Source: Camelus ferus (lineage: Eukaryota). From it: DNA of 64,000 bases. The DNA is taken from positions 33,110,001 to 33,174,000 of the forward strand of contig NC_045697.1 of the NCBI RefSeq assembly GCF_009834535.1, in the 5' to 3' direction. The notes beneath the pieces were generated by a model that was not told the origin of the DNA, made no database searches, and saw only the letters and a list, made by a program, of their open reading frames with translations. Both the position numbers and the translations under genes were made by a program. Positions 41,501-53,696 of the stretch are shown here, piece by piece (the first letter of the stretch is position 1; each line of letters opens with the position of its first letter).

Positions 41501-42079
41501 CAGAACATTTAAGTTTCTAAGGGAAAGGGGTAAATTCACTAAAACTGTAATATTGAGTGTCAAACATATTCTGGCAAATCTAATATTACTTACCCTGTTT
41601 TAATCCATTCTCTATTTTGGGGGAGAAAAATCTGCTAGTAATGGCAAAAAATTCACTCTAGCTATAAGCTAAAAATAATCATCATAATAATTAACTTTAG
41701 CAATGATGCAAGTAGTTATAAAGATATGTTTCCATCTCTGTAGTGACTGCACTTTACTGGAGTTCTAAGCAGGATCACATATATACCTTAACATAATTTT
41801 AAATGTGCATTTGTACAAAACACAGTTACATGATATGAGTAGTTTGTCCAAGACCTTTATAGTATCTATGTCGCAATCAATATATTTTAATTTTGTTCAC
41901 CCACTACTTCTATATCCAGGTGTGATATCTGAGTATTTTATTTTTCTAGCAGAATGATTTCAAAGTTTTATTGAAAGGTATTACAGCCCAAGCAAATCAA
42001 GAACTGTTCCTGTTGAATTGGAGGCTTGGGGGTTGGTAATCGCTCTCCCTCTCTCACTTTCTCTCTCCCTCTCTGTGTG

Positions 42080-42080
<1 letters not shown>

Positions 42081-42122
<42 letters not shown>
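42081..42122. repeat. (CA)21 microsatellite in intron 1
   Basis: Perfect CA run about 630 bp into intron 1, preceded by a CT-rich tract. Confidence 0.97.
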
Positions 42123-42123
<1 letters not shown>

Positions 42124-42752
42124 CCAGAGCTTTCATATCACCATACAATTCTTATTTACTTGTACACAGCCAAGTAAAATAAAAATCATTCAAAACTCAA
42201 TATGCATGATTATTTCTAAGTTAAATATGACACACTTTCAACCCTGATGGATTTTTAGCCATATTTATGATCTTTCTTGATGTAAAACTTTGCTTTTTTA
42301 GAATAGCAAAAAAAAAAAAAAAGAGAGAGAGAAAGAAAGCAATATTAGTGAATAAAAACGCATCATACATACCATGCTGTGTAACAAGTTTCTAAAATAA
42401 CTTTTTATTTAAAATGCAGAATCATCCAGAAAGTTCATCAATGGCATTCAATCACCAAAGGCAGTAGCAAAATCATTTCTACTTCCTGTCCCCACTCCCA
42501 GTAACTGAACCTTTACTAGTTTCTACGTGCTTCAAGTCAAAAACAACTGAGCTAATCTCTATGCTTCATACATAGGCTAATTTTGTTCTATCTGCAAAAG
42601 AGTAGATCTAATCAAAAATAAAATGATGGTAAAATATTGCACATATGCTCACTGAAATGAAATTTATTTAACCTAGAATGATTTTTGAAAGAAAGAGAAG
42701 TGAGGGGGAAAGGGGCGGGGGGGGGGATACCAAAGAATAGTTTTTAACTCAC

Positions 42753-42856
42753 CAGTTTCCCAGATGCAGAGTCAGTAAGAGGAATATCAGCCTCACCCCT
42801 CTCCTTTGACTCCACAGAAGAAAAGGGGAGAAGAGAAGAGCTTTCCGAGAACCCAT
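42753..42856 (-). CDS. GABRG1: GABRG1 coding exon 1 (104 nt, signal peptide)
   Basis: ATG at 42856-42854, reads MGSRKALLFSPFLLWSQRRGVRLIFLLLTLHLGN(C), donor AACTG|gtgagt. The phase-2 TG joins the first T of exon 2 to make Cys. Confidence 0.95.
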
Positions 42857-43100
42857 CAGGATCGCTTTTTCCGCTCAATTCTCCAAACCAGGACTTTTTC
42901 TCCCACCGCAGCTGCAGCCCGGTGAGTACGAGAGGACGGAGTGTGAGAAGGCAGTACACCTCCCAACCAGGTAGGATGCGACTCCCAGCGGAATAGAGCG
43001 AAGGAGCCAATCAGACCGAGAGGATGCTGGCATAAATTATCTGAAAAAGAGTAGGGCCAATCAAAGGCCCAAAGAGGCGGGGCTTCCCCTACGAGAAATC
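42857..43100 (-). promoter_or_regulatory. GABRG1: GABRG1 5'UTR/proximal promoter with two CCAAT (NF-Y) boxes and a GC box
   Basis: Local GC/CpG enrichment. AGCCAATCAG (CCAAT 43007-43011) and GGCCAATCAA (43057-43061) lie 50 bp apart, and GAGGCGGGGC is at 43074-43083. There is no upstream ATG on the sense strand between 42857 and 43010. The TSS cannot be determined from sequence. Confidence 0.75.
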
Positions 43101-43419
43101 GAGCCCAGTAGGGAAAAGGGCTCCGTCTTTCTAAAAGAAAAACAAACCTCTTCTCCCTCGCATCCTCAGAGAAACAGTTGCGTGGCCCTGACAGACTTCC
43201 CTCCCTAGGGGAACTTGGCTTCCCCCCTCCCCCAGCCTTCCCTCCTGTCCAGCTCTATTTCCGGGGTCTCCTTTCCCTTTGCGTGTTTGGATTCTGAATC
43301 TGTCTTCCAAGAGGGACCCGTGGAGAGCTGGCAGTGCCTAACTGGTTTTCCCCAGGCTTGCGAAGGTTATGCTAATTTTTGTTAATTATTGTTAATTTGT
43401 GTGTGTTGAGGTGGGGGTC

Positions 43420-43516
43420 GGTGCCTCACTTCTCTTTGCAGACCCAGCACCTGGCACAATGCCTGACGCAAATACGCTCTCAGGATATGTTGAAATATAG
43501 AACTGAATGAATGAAA
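43420..43516 (+). mobile_element. L2 3' terminus in the upstream promoter region
   Basis: cccagcacctggcacaatgcctgacgcaaatacgctctcaggatatgttg...tgaatgaatgaa. Confidence 0.7.
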
Positions 43517-43825
43517 GAGCGGGCTCGGTGCATTCCTGGTAATCACGTTTCCTACCCACACCCCCTCCGCTGCCGTTGTAAGTGAGAGGATTTGAGTCTC
43601 CTCTCTCCTTGCACCAGAAGATGACACTAATGAACAATGCCAGGCAAGACTTAACTCATTCTACAAAAACGTGAACAAAACTCCGATTTTAAAAAGGTCA
43701 TTTTAGCCATAGGAGTTGTAGATCTATTACGGGTGATCCTTGTTCTCCCCTTTGCGTTTGTTGAGCTCCAGTGTTTGATACCTAACTTCAGAGGCTCTGC
43801 TTTGAGTTTGCAGCAGAGCCCAACA

Positions 43826-43839
43826 GTTGCCATGGCAAC
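43826..43839. promoter_or_regulatory. RFX X-box, perfect palindrome GTTGCCATGGCAAC
   Basis: Exact 14-bp palindrome matching the optimal RFX site, 970 bp upstream of the ATG. Confidence 0.7.
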
Positions 43840-45206
43840 CAGAAAGCCTCTGGCAGCTTCAACCACTGTACAGGCGAAGACAGTGGTGGTGGTGGAAGCA
43901 GGCTTGCTCTGCCCAGCCATCTTCTGCATTTATGCCTTCCTAAATCACTGCTTCTCACCAAAGCCCTGGGGTTGGGCTCTTTTGGCTGTGTCATCCATCA
44001 TCTCACAACGACCTGGAATTGACCAGATTCATGGGTGAACTACAGTATACCAATGAGTTACCTTAGAGTATTTGTCCCCCAGAAAATAGTTCAAGGTAGA
44101 AGTAACAATGTTTGTGCATGACCTTAAGGTAACCTTTTTTATCCTACCTTCTGAAAGCACTTAAAGGAGCTGAATGGGGATAACAAGGTTACAGATATTT
44201 TCTTGCCGGAAAAACAGATGATGCAGTGCTGGGCTCTTCTCCCCCTCTTTGGTTCTCCATCTCTTTTGTCTTCTCTGAAAATAGGTATTGACTTCCTTGT
44301 TTATCATCTACTACTTATTAATTAGGAAGCATTATTCTCTTCCACAAAGAGTGTTAGTAAAGGTAGCTCATACCAAATAATTTGTGTAACAGTAAAGTTT
44401 CATTATAATAGATTTTGAGGTGAATACATTTAGTTAAGTTGATGTCAATATAAATCTGGGTAGTTTTGTTTGTTTGTTTCTGGTCATTTAAAATTTGTGC
44501 TTTGGTTAGCTGTCCGTTTCATTGGGTGCACACACTGATTCACTGCTCTGATTAGCCAGTGAACTGGGAATTATTTCACTAGAAGTGTGCAGTAACAAAT
44601 ACTTGGCTAGGTACTCTTTGCATTTTGCTAAGATTAGATGAGATTTCTTCCTGTATCAATGGTAATATGATGTTGCATGTTGTTATACAACAATAGTTGA
44701 CAGTTTCCCATCAAAAATTCTTAACAAAATTTTACTCTTATTGTTCTCATACATAACTGAAAGATGCTGAAAACTGTGAAGAGAAATTAATGGAGAGGAA
44801 AGGTGAAGGATATATCCTTAAGTAATTACACATTGCCTGCTTATTCTTGTAAAAGATAAAGGACTTGGGTAATTTCCAGACTTGGAAATTTTCTGTATTT
44901 TCTGAAATCTAGGTTTTTGACAATTTAGGGCTGAAACATTTCAAACTTACTGCAGTCCCTTTTTTCAAGCAATTTTATCTATTTTTTTTTATTTCTGTGT
45001 CTCTTCCTTTGATTTTTTTTTGCCCTTTTTTTAAATATATATCTTCTGGGAAACTGATCTTATTTTGCTGTCATAGTTAATTATAATTCCCTGTAAACTC
45101 TGTTAAAGAGATCTGTGCCCTCCGGAACCTGAAGAAGGAATGATGATTTTGTATATCAGCCATGTCTTGACCCTGACAGTCTGTCTCATTTGATTTATTA
45201 AACCAG

Positions 45207-45209
<3 letters not shown>

Positions 45210-45255
<46 letters not shown>

Positions 45256-45261
45256 TGTGTG
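45210..45261. repeat. (TG)n microsatellite
   Basis: About 21 perfect TG units plus an imperfect tail. Confidence 0.97.
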
Positions 45262-45473
45262 GTGGGAGTGGAGGATGACACTGTGAGTTCCAAACAAAGC
45301 CAAGAGTGTACACTGTGCTCATCAAACAAACCATACTGTCTCTTGGAGGAACACTTATGGAGAAACAGATTTTATAGATCTTAGAGAACTGAAGTGTCTT
45401 ATACAACTCTAGATTAGAAGGCCAGAAGTTGCTATCAGGAAGTCTGGAGAAAGCTTTCTGGCTTCCACTATGG

Positions 45474-45694
45474 CAGCAGTTTTCCAATTCCAGGCAATTT
45501 GACCACGTGAGACACTTAAAATGTGTGGAGATATTTTTAGTTGTCGCAACTTGAGGGGTTGGGTGAGCTACTGGCACCCAGTGAGTAGAGTCTGGAGTTG
45601 CTGCTATACATTCTAAAATTTAAAAAAAAAAAAAAAAAACCCAAAGATCTATCGAGTTCAAACTGCTAAGAGTGCCAAAGATGAGAATCCCTGC
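45474..45694. mobile_element. MER20 hAT-Charlie element
   Basis: ggagatatttttagttgtcgcaacttgagggg...gctactggcacccagtgagtagag...tgctgctatacattcta...agtgccaaagatgagaatccctg. Confidence 0.8.
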
Positions 45695-45859
45695 AGTTAC
45701 AGATGAAGTGGGCAGGTAGCCTGATTGCACGGCACCTGATGATTTCCTTATATTGTCATTGAAGTCCTCATACCCCTTCTCCTTCCTTTGACAGCCTAAG
45801 CCACAACCATTATCCAAGAATTTTACATCTCGTTGTAATGACTATCAACTCGTATTTCA

Positions 45860-46022
45860 CAGCAGTGTTTTTTTCAAAATGTATCCAGGTATCACCCTAG
45901 AATAAAATGCTTGCCGACCTATTAAAAATGCAATTGGCTTTTTTCCAGACCAAAAGAATTATAATTTTTAGTGAGAACCTCTAGAGGTTCTGATGCATCA
46001 AAACATTTGAAAACCATTGTCC
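45860..46022. mobile_element. MER5-like hAT fragment
   Basis: cagtgtttttttcaaa...ggttctgatgcatcaaaacatttgaaaaccattg. Confidence 0.5.
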
Positions 46023-46119
46023 TATAAATTGTCACACAAAGTGACCAGTGAGACAGCAACCTAATTAAGAATGAGCAGTCCTGGCCCTAGAAAAGCCAGC
46101 TTTCCACTTGATTCTCTTG

Positions 46120-49100
46120 TCCATTAATTTGTCATTCAAAATATTTATTAAGATATTGTGATGTCAGACACTGTACCTAGCAATTAAGAATACATTAGTA
46201 ACCAAGAACTACTGCTGTTTGCCTTGGTTTCTTCATCTATAGAAAGGTGATCAGACTTTTCAGTTTATTGAGTTGTTTTAAGAATCAAATGGATTAATAC
46301 ATGGGGATTGCTTTAAACAGTACATGGATAATAGAGATTACTCAAAAAATGTTCATCATTGTTTACTTGTTAAGAGTAGGTTTCAAAGCTAATTGATTAA
46401 CTCCAGCCCGCAGTGACAGAACCTGGCACAGAGGAGTAATTTCTAGAATGTACAGTCTAATAGGGAAGATGGAGATGATTAGGAGACATGTGTTCTCACC
46501 CCACTCTCAACATTGTCCTGAAATCTGGCTTTTCCAGAGCAAGAAGCCGTTTTGAATCACGTTCTAGTTCTCCTGATACCCTTTCCTCCAATGGCCACAA
46601 ATTCTATACTTCAGTCAAAACCACAATTGTAGGTTCCTAAACTTACCACTCAGTATCATACTTTTGTTTGTGTGTTGGTCTTGTCTTGTCATCTGCTATT
46701 CCTTCCACTTAGGAAGGCCTTCCCTCTTCTTCATCTGCCTGGTCTCTCTTCAATCTTCCTGACTAAGTTTAGGTGTCATCACCTAGCCACCTCCACAAGG
46801 AGCCTTCTCTGATTTTTCACTGCATGCTAGCCTGTAGTACAGTTCTGTCCTATAATAACACTTAATACTTGTTTATTGAGTGCTCACTGTGTGTCACTAG
46901 GCATTATTCTTAATGGTTCTACATTATAGGTGCATCTAATATTCTCTCCACTAAAAGCAGCCATTTCATATTTGTATCATAGGAATACACATTTTTGAAA
47001 ACTATCTATTTCTACCTAAATAATCAGTTCTGTGTTTTTAAATTTTATGTTAAAGATTCATAGTGCTTATCAGATCTGGCACTATATTATGTATATATTT
47101 AATGTTATTATAGTAAATCTATATTTAATATTATGTGTACATTTGTCTAGTACTTTCCTCTCCCTAGAAAAGTGGAAATCTGACAATCTCCATGGAGGCA
47201 AGGATTTTGTTTTCATCACCCCTTTTGTCCCAAGCAATGGCTAGCAAGTAATAGCTACTTGATAAATATCTGTAGAGTAAGTATTTCATGTATAATTGAA
47301 TGAATAAACACATGGATTGCTTTAATCCTTTTATATATTTCTGGAGCCATTCAAGGCTTTCAACAGCGTAGGTTTCAAGTGCTCATTGCAAAATAGACAA
47401 AATCCAAATGTTGTTGCTTGATTTATTCCTTCCCATCAGACCATGGGAATTAATTATTTTTCTTATTTACAGGTTGCCATGATAAAAAAAAAATTAACAA
47501 ACTCAGGTGCTTTAGTTTATGCAATAAGATTATTATTTAAATCAAACAGAAGAGAGGGCCAGCATGAAGAGATGTCATAAAACTGAAGGGACACACTCTT
47601 TCTTTGTCAATCTTTGTCAATCCTTAATCCTGTACCTGGCAGAAACTGATCACTGGTGACAGGCAGCCATGGCTCTGTAACTTCTAACTCTAAGTCCATC
47701 CTACTTTTGGTATCTGTATTGTAATTTTTGAATCTGACCTTTTGCCACTGGTTTCCTCCATTCTTTCTTGTATCTTCAGTGTTTTCTTTCCTAGTTGATT
47801 TCCTCTCCAACATGCAGATATTCTCATGCATAACATTAAAATGTACACATATACTATATTAACCTCATCACCCCTTCTGTCTTTTATGCCTACTCCTTAG
47901 TCCCACTAATAGCCATTCCTCTCTATTTCATCACCACCCGTTCACTCACCAAACTTTGTGGTCCTGTTTCTGTGCCATGGCACTGATGGCCCCACGTTGC
48001 TAAATCCAGTAGAGATTTCCCACAATCACCTTGTATGATCTTTCATCTGCATTGGACCCAGGTGACCATTCCCTCTCCCTCAACACACTCCTTCATGTCA
48101 GGATACCGTACTTTCCTGGTTTTTCTCAGGAACCTTTAGCTAACTCTGTTTGGGCTTCTGTACATGTTTGTTCTATCTGAACTCAACATTTTGGAGTTTC
48201 TCAGATATGAGTTCAACACTTTTATTTTTGCACCACACTTTCATATGGGGTAGACTCATCTATTTCCCAAACTGTACATACAATTTTTAAAACTGAAATA
48301 TATCCCTTCAAATTGCAAGTCTAGGAATTTCTATTGGGCTTTAGATACATGTATCAAACAAGTATTAGCCAGCGAATCAAACCAGAAACTTCATATTTTT
48401 TTCTAGATACATGTATCATCTAACGTATCATGAACTCTTCAATATTTGCGAATCTTATCCCCAATCTATCCAACGTAAATAGATTGCAGTGGTCATGGGC
48501 TCATAAATAAGGTAGCCTGGGTTTGAACTCAAGATCTACTACTAACTGTGTAAGAATAAGAAGCTTATTTATTTTTCAATGCCTTGATTCCCATATTATC
48601 GATGTGAAAATTAAATTAATCAATTTATGTAAGGCTCTTAGAATAGAGCCTGGCCCATAAGAAATGCTCAATCTTAACAATTATTTTTATTGTTTTTAAA
48701 TCATTATTCAACTACTTTCTAGCTCTTCTGCCAACTAATCCAAGCAGGCATCCTCTCATACCTGGACTACAGCACCTTCCATTTTCAGTCTTGCCTACCT
48801 CTAATTTATTCTTTATATAACTACCAGCATGATCTTTTTAAAAGTGGAAATCTGGCAATGCTGTGCTTGCACCATTCAGTGATTGCCTGTTGTACTCAGG
48901 GCCAAGCTCCAGCTTCTGGCCCCTGCCTCTCTCCCCTGCTCCATCTTTGCAGCTCTTTCCTTCCCTCAGTGTGTTCCAGCCAGAATGGCCTTACTTGGTT
49001 GTTTTGTTTGTTTGTTTGTTAATTGCTATGACTCATTGTTACTTTAGGGATTTACAGATGATTTCCCTATATCTGTATCAGACCACCTTACCCTTCACCC

Positions 49101-49575
49101 TTCATCTGGCTATTTCTTTGTCTCTTTTCAGTCTCAAACTCACTGGCACGTTCTCAAGGGAGCCCCAGTTCTCAAATTTAAATTAAATCCTCTAGTATGC
49201 CATCTAATAGTATTCAGCGCTGTTCCTTCCTGACAGTTGCAGTATTTTATAATTCACTGATTTTTTAAATTCAAGAAATAGTCACTGAGCACCAGGGTTT
49301 CAAGCACTCGTCAATGTACTAAACATGTTAGAATAAACAAAACAGAGTTTCATGCTCTCATGGAGCTTGCATTCTATTGAGCTCTTTATAGTATGAATAT
49401 ATATATAATATAATTTAAAAATATATTTTACAAATATTTGCTTATTTTTGTCTCTTATCCAGACTGTCACTCCTTGATGACAAGAGATTTTCTTTTTTCC
49501 TTTTCTACATTGTCCCCAGTGTCCGGGAGACTGCCCCATCATAGCCATTTGCTGAATGAATAAAAAAAAATGAAG
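46120..49575 (+). mobile_element. Cluster of L2 segments with nested MIR
   Basis: L2 ORF2/3' phrases (tgaccattccctctcc, cctggactacagcacc, atgatctttttaaaa, atttgctgaatgaataa); MIR at about 48495-48690; some sub-fragments are inverted. Confidence 0.65.
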
Positions 49576-49829
49576 GAATGAACTACAACATTTCTACATT
49601 TACCATCTCTATAACTTTTAGCATCATACTTCATTTCTGTAAACTTGCATTTATTCTCTGCAGAGAAGTGTAAGATATCAATATGAAGTTTGCAGAGTTG
49701 ACATAATATTATTAGATAACACAAAAATGCCACACATAATAACCCTCAATATATGGCAAAGACTTGGAATCAGGTGGGTAAACTCTTCTAAATGTCGTGA
49801 ATACTATAATTAAGTTATACTTTGAAAAG

Positions 49830-50360
49830 GAAGGAATTTGGAGTCAGCTAACATAAATTTAAATCCTGTCTATACTAATTACTTTTGTGAGCTTTGGAAA
49901 ACCACAACATCTCTCTGAACCTCAGATTTCTCAATTACAAAATGGAAATGACCCCTCTTACCAAAATGGGCACAAAGATCAAATTCAATAACCGTAGTAT
50001 AACTCTTTGTAAACTATTACATGATGTAGAAATATTAGTTGTTGTTATTATCATTATTACTCTTGGCTGACCAGTACAAAATGATAGTAATTAAAGAAGG
50101 TATGGCAAAGAAATACAAAATATCAAGAGCTAACAATTTTATAGCCCTTACAGTTTTTTAAACATTGTGTATCTTAATAGATTTGATTATCTTATTAACA
50201 TCCTGAAACAATTCTGTGAGGCAGTTACCATTATATTCCTTTATTTTACAGATGAGGAAATTGATATAGTAGATTTAGTAACTTTCCCAGTCCACACAGC
50301 AAGCAAGCAGCAAAGCTGGGATTTGAATCTAGGGAGGCAAGTTTCAGAGGCCATGTTTGA
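49830..50360. mobile_element. Two MIR SINEs tail-to-tail (+ at about 49830-50055, - at about 50128-50360)
   Basis: ctctctgaacctcagatttctcaattacaaaatgga and ttattttacagatgaggaaattga...agctgggatttgaatctagg. Confidence 0.7.
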
Positions 50361-50999
50361 AATGTTAGGTGATAGTGTCTTTTGGATGACAGATGAGTCG
50401 TGATCTCTGCTTTAGAGAAAATAATTTATATTTCTGTCCAGGACACTTTTACTCGCCTCAGGTTAACCAACACTGTTATTTTAATGACTACATACCAGGG
50501 CATCATTGTCATGAAAACCTTTCATATTTTACTTTAAAGGGCCATCCCATAAAAATGTCAAAGGTGGGAAAGAGTTTTTGAAAAATGACCCTTAAGCAGC
50601 CATGATTCAAAGGAATACAGTCCTGTTTAGGATATGAGACACTTACAGGAAGAGGTCCAGCACTTGGAGATATATCAAAGCCTGACATTTAATGAAAACC
50701 TTAAAGGTCTTGATGGAGCTTTATTATATCAATTACTCATTCCCCTCATATATAGCCTAATATATTTTATTTTAAAAATGTCTTCCTGGCACGACCGGCA
50801 TTGAAATAGTAGCCCCCAGAGCATCTTTGAATGGGTCCTATCCAGTGCCTAACTCCCTACTCATCCAGTTTATAGCCCACAATATGTCTATTTATGTGGT
50901 TTTGACTGGCAGCTAAAGAATAATTTAGTTTCCTATGGCCATTAAGGTCCAGAGGGAGAGAGCCTCCTTCTACTTCCATATTTCCTCCTTCATTTGTCG

Positions 51000-53657
51000 T
51001 GTGGCAGCTCTTGGTCCAACGAAGTATGCAGCAACTACACATTAAATACTGGAAAACCATTTAGAGTCTCCAATTCTCCTTTTAATCCTAAGGGGAGGTA
51101 CCGTCCACACCAAAAGAACTGTACTTATTGACAGAAACCTGGGGAGCCTTTATGGGAATGAGTTCTAAGTATGTTGGAATAGGATAGAAGGATTATAATG
51201 CTAGATTGTCAAAATGTGTTGAAATGGATACATTCACTAAGCAAAGATTCTGGATTCATTATGTTTAATCAAGAGTATTTCCAGTAGTTTGCTTTAATGG
51301 TTGACTAATCACATACCCAGAGGTAACAAGTTCTGAAGGTAAAACATCCATGATCCTGAAAAGTAGGTGTCTGAAGTTTTAAGAAGAAATGGGTATTATC
51401 ATGAATTGCTGCTCCTCACCAGCTCTAATCCATGCCCCTGAACTTGTCCAAGCATACTTCCTTAGCTTTAATGTATTCATCAGGGAATCTCCAGTTCCCT
51501 TGAAGAGCTCCTGGGTGGACATTACTTGTAGGCCAGAGATGATAGTGGGACATGCTGCCATAAAACGGGATTCCCAGTTTCAGTGGGGATAGTGGGATCC
51601 CAAGAATTCTCTATATCCAATGGGCATAATAAAATCTCAAAATGTAAGGGGCCCCATGGCAGCACTTAATCACCAGAGGTAAGGTGGGCATAAATACAGA
51701 AATGGATACCACAGGCAACCCAGTACTCAGCATGGTTTGATCTGCAGAGATCTTTGGTGTTAGCTAAATGGTAATGGTATTCTCAAAACTGAAGTAAATG
51801 AGATGATCAGCCTATATAATTTTATTGATTTTTATAGCCAGAAAAACACTAAGTCTAGTGAAGAAAGTTGTGATTTGAATTATCACAAGCGAGTCCAAGC
51901 CCCTCAACCAATTTCTAGTCTTGCGACTAGAGTCCCTTAATGAAAGGGAGGTGGAGTTTGCTTAAGGAAGGTTGTATTTGCACATACAAAATTTATTCTG
52001 TAAATTTGTGTTCTAGCCTTCTTTCAAGAAATCCTGCCACCATTTATCACAATGACTGTAATGTTCAGTAACCAGATTCTTTGAGACTACGAAGCCATAG
52101 TTATAATTGATAGCAATTCCTGGAGACCCAAAATACAACTGTGGTCCAGTGTAGATGCAGTAGATGTCTACAGAGATGAGATGATCAATGCATTTATGGT
52201 TTGGGATAATCCCAACATAAGCCTATATGCACCTGATCCCATCATGTGGTTTTATTCCAGTTATACATTGCATCTTTGTAAGGGACATACTCAGCAACTA
52301 GCAGAGTACCAGATTAATTCTTTGACCTGTGGAGAAAAACTCAAGTAAAAGCCACAGATCTATCTTTACCTACTCATAGTATTAACAAAATGCAATACTA
52401 CATTTCTGCCACATAAAAGAATTAAAAGATGAAGGAGTGGTGCTTCTTGCTAAGTACCCATTTAGATTGCCTATTTGGCTTATACAGAAGGCAGATGGAT
52501 ACAAAAGAATAAGAGTGGATTATCAAAAATTTTACTAGTAATGATTCCAGTTGCAGCTATTATCCCAGATGTGATCTTATTGCTGGAGTCTCACAGTCCC
52601 CTGATACCTGATATGTAACAAATATTTCAACAATGAAATTCATTAGATGTTTACTTTCAGAGGAGAGGGTTAGCAATACACTGTTGCTGACTTACCTCCT
52701 AGTTAAATCAAACAGCCAGCCCAGTGATATAATCTAGTCTAAAGGGCCTTGATTGACTTTTTATTTTATAAGATATCATGCTTTTCCATTAAGTTGATGA
52801 CACCATTCTGATTGGAACTATTGAACAGGAAGAAAGAACACCTTGTGGACACCTTGGTAAGACACATGCGTACCAAAAGGTGGAAAAAGAATTCCACTGA
52901 AATTCAAGGCCTTACACCTTGATGCAATTACTAGAGGGTCAATGGCTTGGGCATGGAGATATACCTGTGAAGGTGAAGAGAAATTTGCTGCATCAGGTCC
53001 TCCGATCATTAAGGAAGGAGCATAATGTCTCTTTGGATTTTGGAAGCAATATATCCCTTATTCAGGTTTATTACTCAAACCCATTTACTGAGTAACCTTA
53101 AATTCTGTTTTTTATTAGGGTTTTTGCTTTTATTCAGATTCAGAAAAAGAGAACACTCTGCAATACGTTTAGATTATAGCACAAGCTGCTCTACCATCTG
53201 GGCCCGAAGATACTGCTAATCCAATTAGGTCTGAAATGACTGTAGCAGACAGGGATACTGTATGGCCCTTAGGAATAAACCTCTGTTGGTAAATCACAAA
53301 GTAGACTTGTAAGATTTTGGAGCAAAACTATTCCATTCTCTTCAGATTATTATTCTCCTTGTAAGAAATAGATTGCGGCTTGCTACAGATCTCTAGTAGA
53401 GACCAAACACTTTACATGAGCCACCAAGTTACCATGCAATCTGAGTTTCCCATCCTGAACTGGCATCATCATCATGGACAGAAGTCCATTATCAGATGAA
53501 AGCAGCACAGGAAAAATCAGGCTTGAAGGCACAGATTAAGGTACAAAAGCAAGTGACTCGGATGACTATGGCCCTTACTCTAGCTCCTTTGCCCCATCTC
53601 TCAAACTTCACCTAGAGTCTCTTTAGGAGTTTTCTGTGACTAGTTAACTGAGGATGA

Positions 53658-53696
<39 letters not shown>

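Larger units (their letters stand above)
566..42856 (-). other. GABRG1: GABRG1 locus, coding exons 1-4 with introns 1-3 (15230, 15045 and 11474 bp); gene continues beyond the left edge
   Basis: Four exons splice in frame (104+149+68+221 nt) to [53 protein letters not shown]...GRVLYTLR, recognised as the GABA-A gamma-1 N-terminal extracellular domain. Confidence 0.97.

Noticed and set aside
42918..42975. Plus-strand donor-like motifs CCG|GTGAGT and CAG|GTAGG suggesting an antisense exon
   Set aside because: Short motifs are common by chance, and there is no supporting promoter, acceptor or transcript evidence in the sequence.
42744..43010. 88-aa minus-strand ORF overlapping exon 1
   Set aside because: Starts at TTG within the CCAAT box and is in a different frame from the real signal peptide; no recognisable protein.
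43651..44038. Overlapping 68-101 aa ORFs upstream of the promoter
   Set aside because: No recognisable homology or splice structure; expected in locally GC-richer sequence.
45077..45577. Longest ORF in the track (166 aa)
   Set aside because: Built from a MER20 element and a (CA)n repeat (THTHTH); starts at GTG.
49830..50360. Inverted MIR pair as a hairpin or miRNA precursor
   Set aside because: The copies are highly diverged from each other with no extended complementarity, and lie outside the transcription unit.
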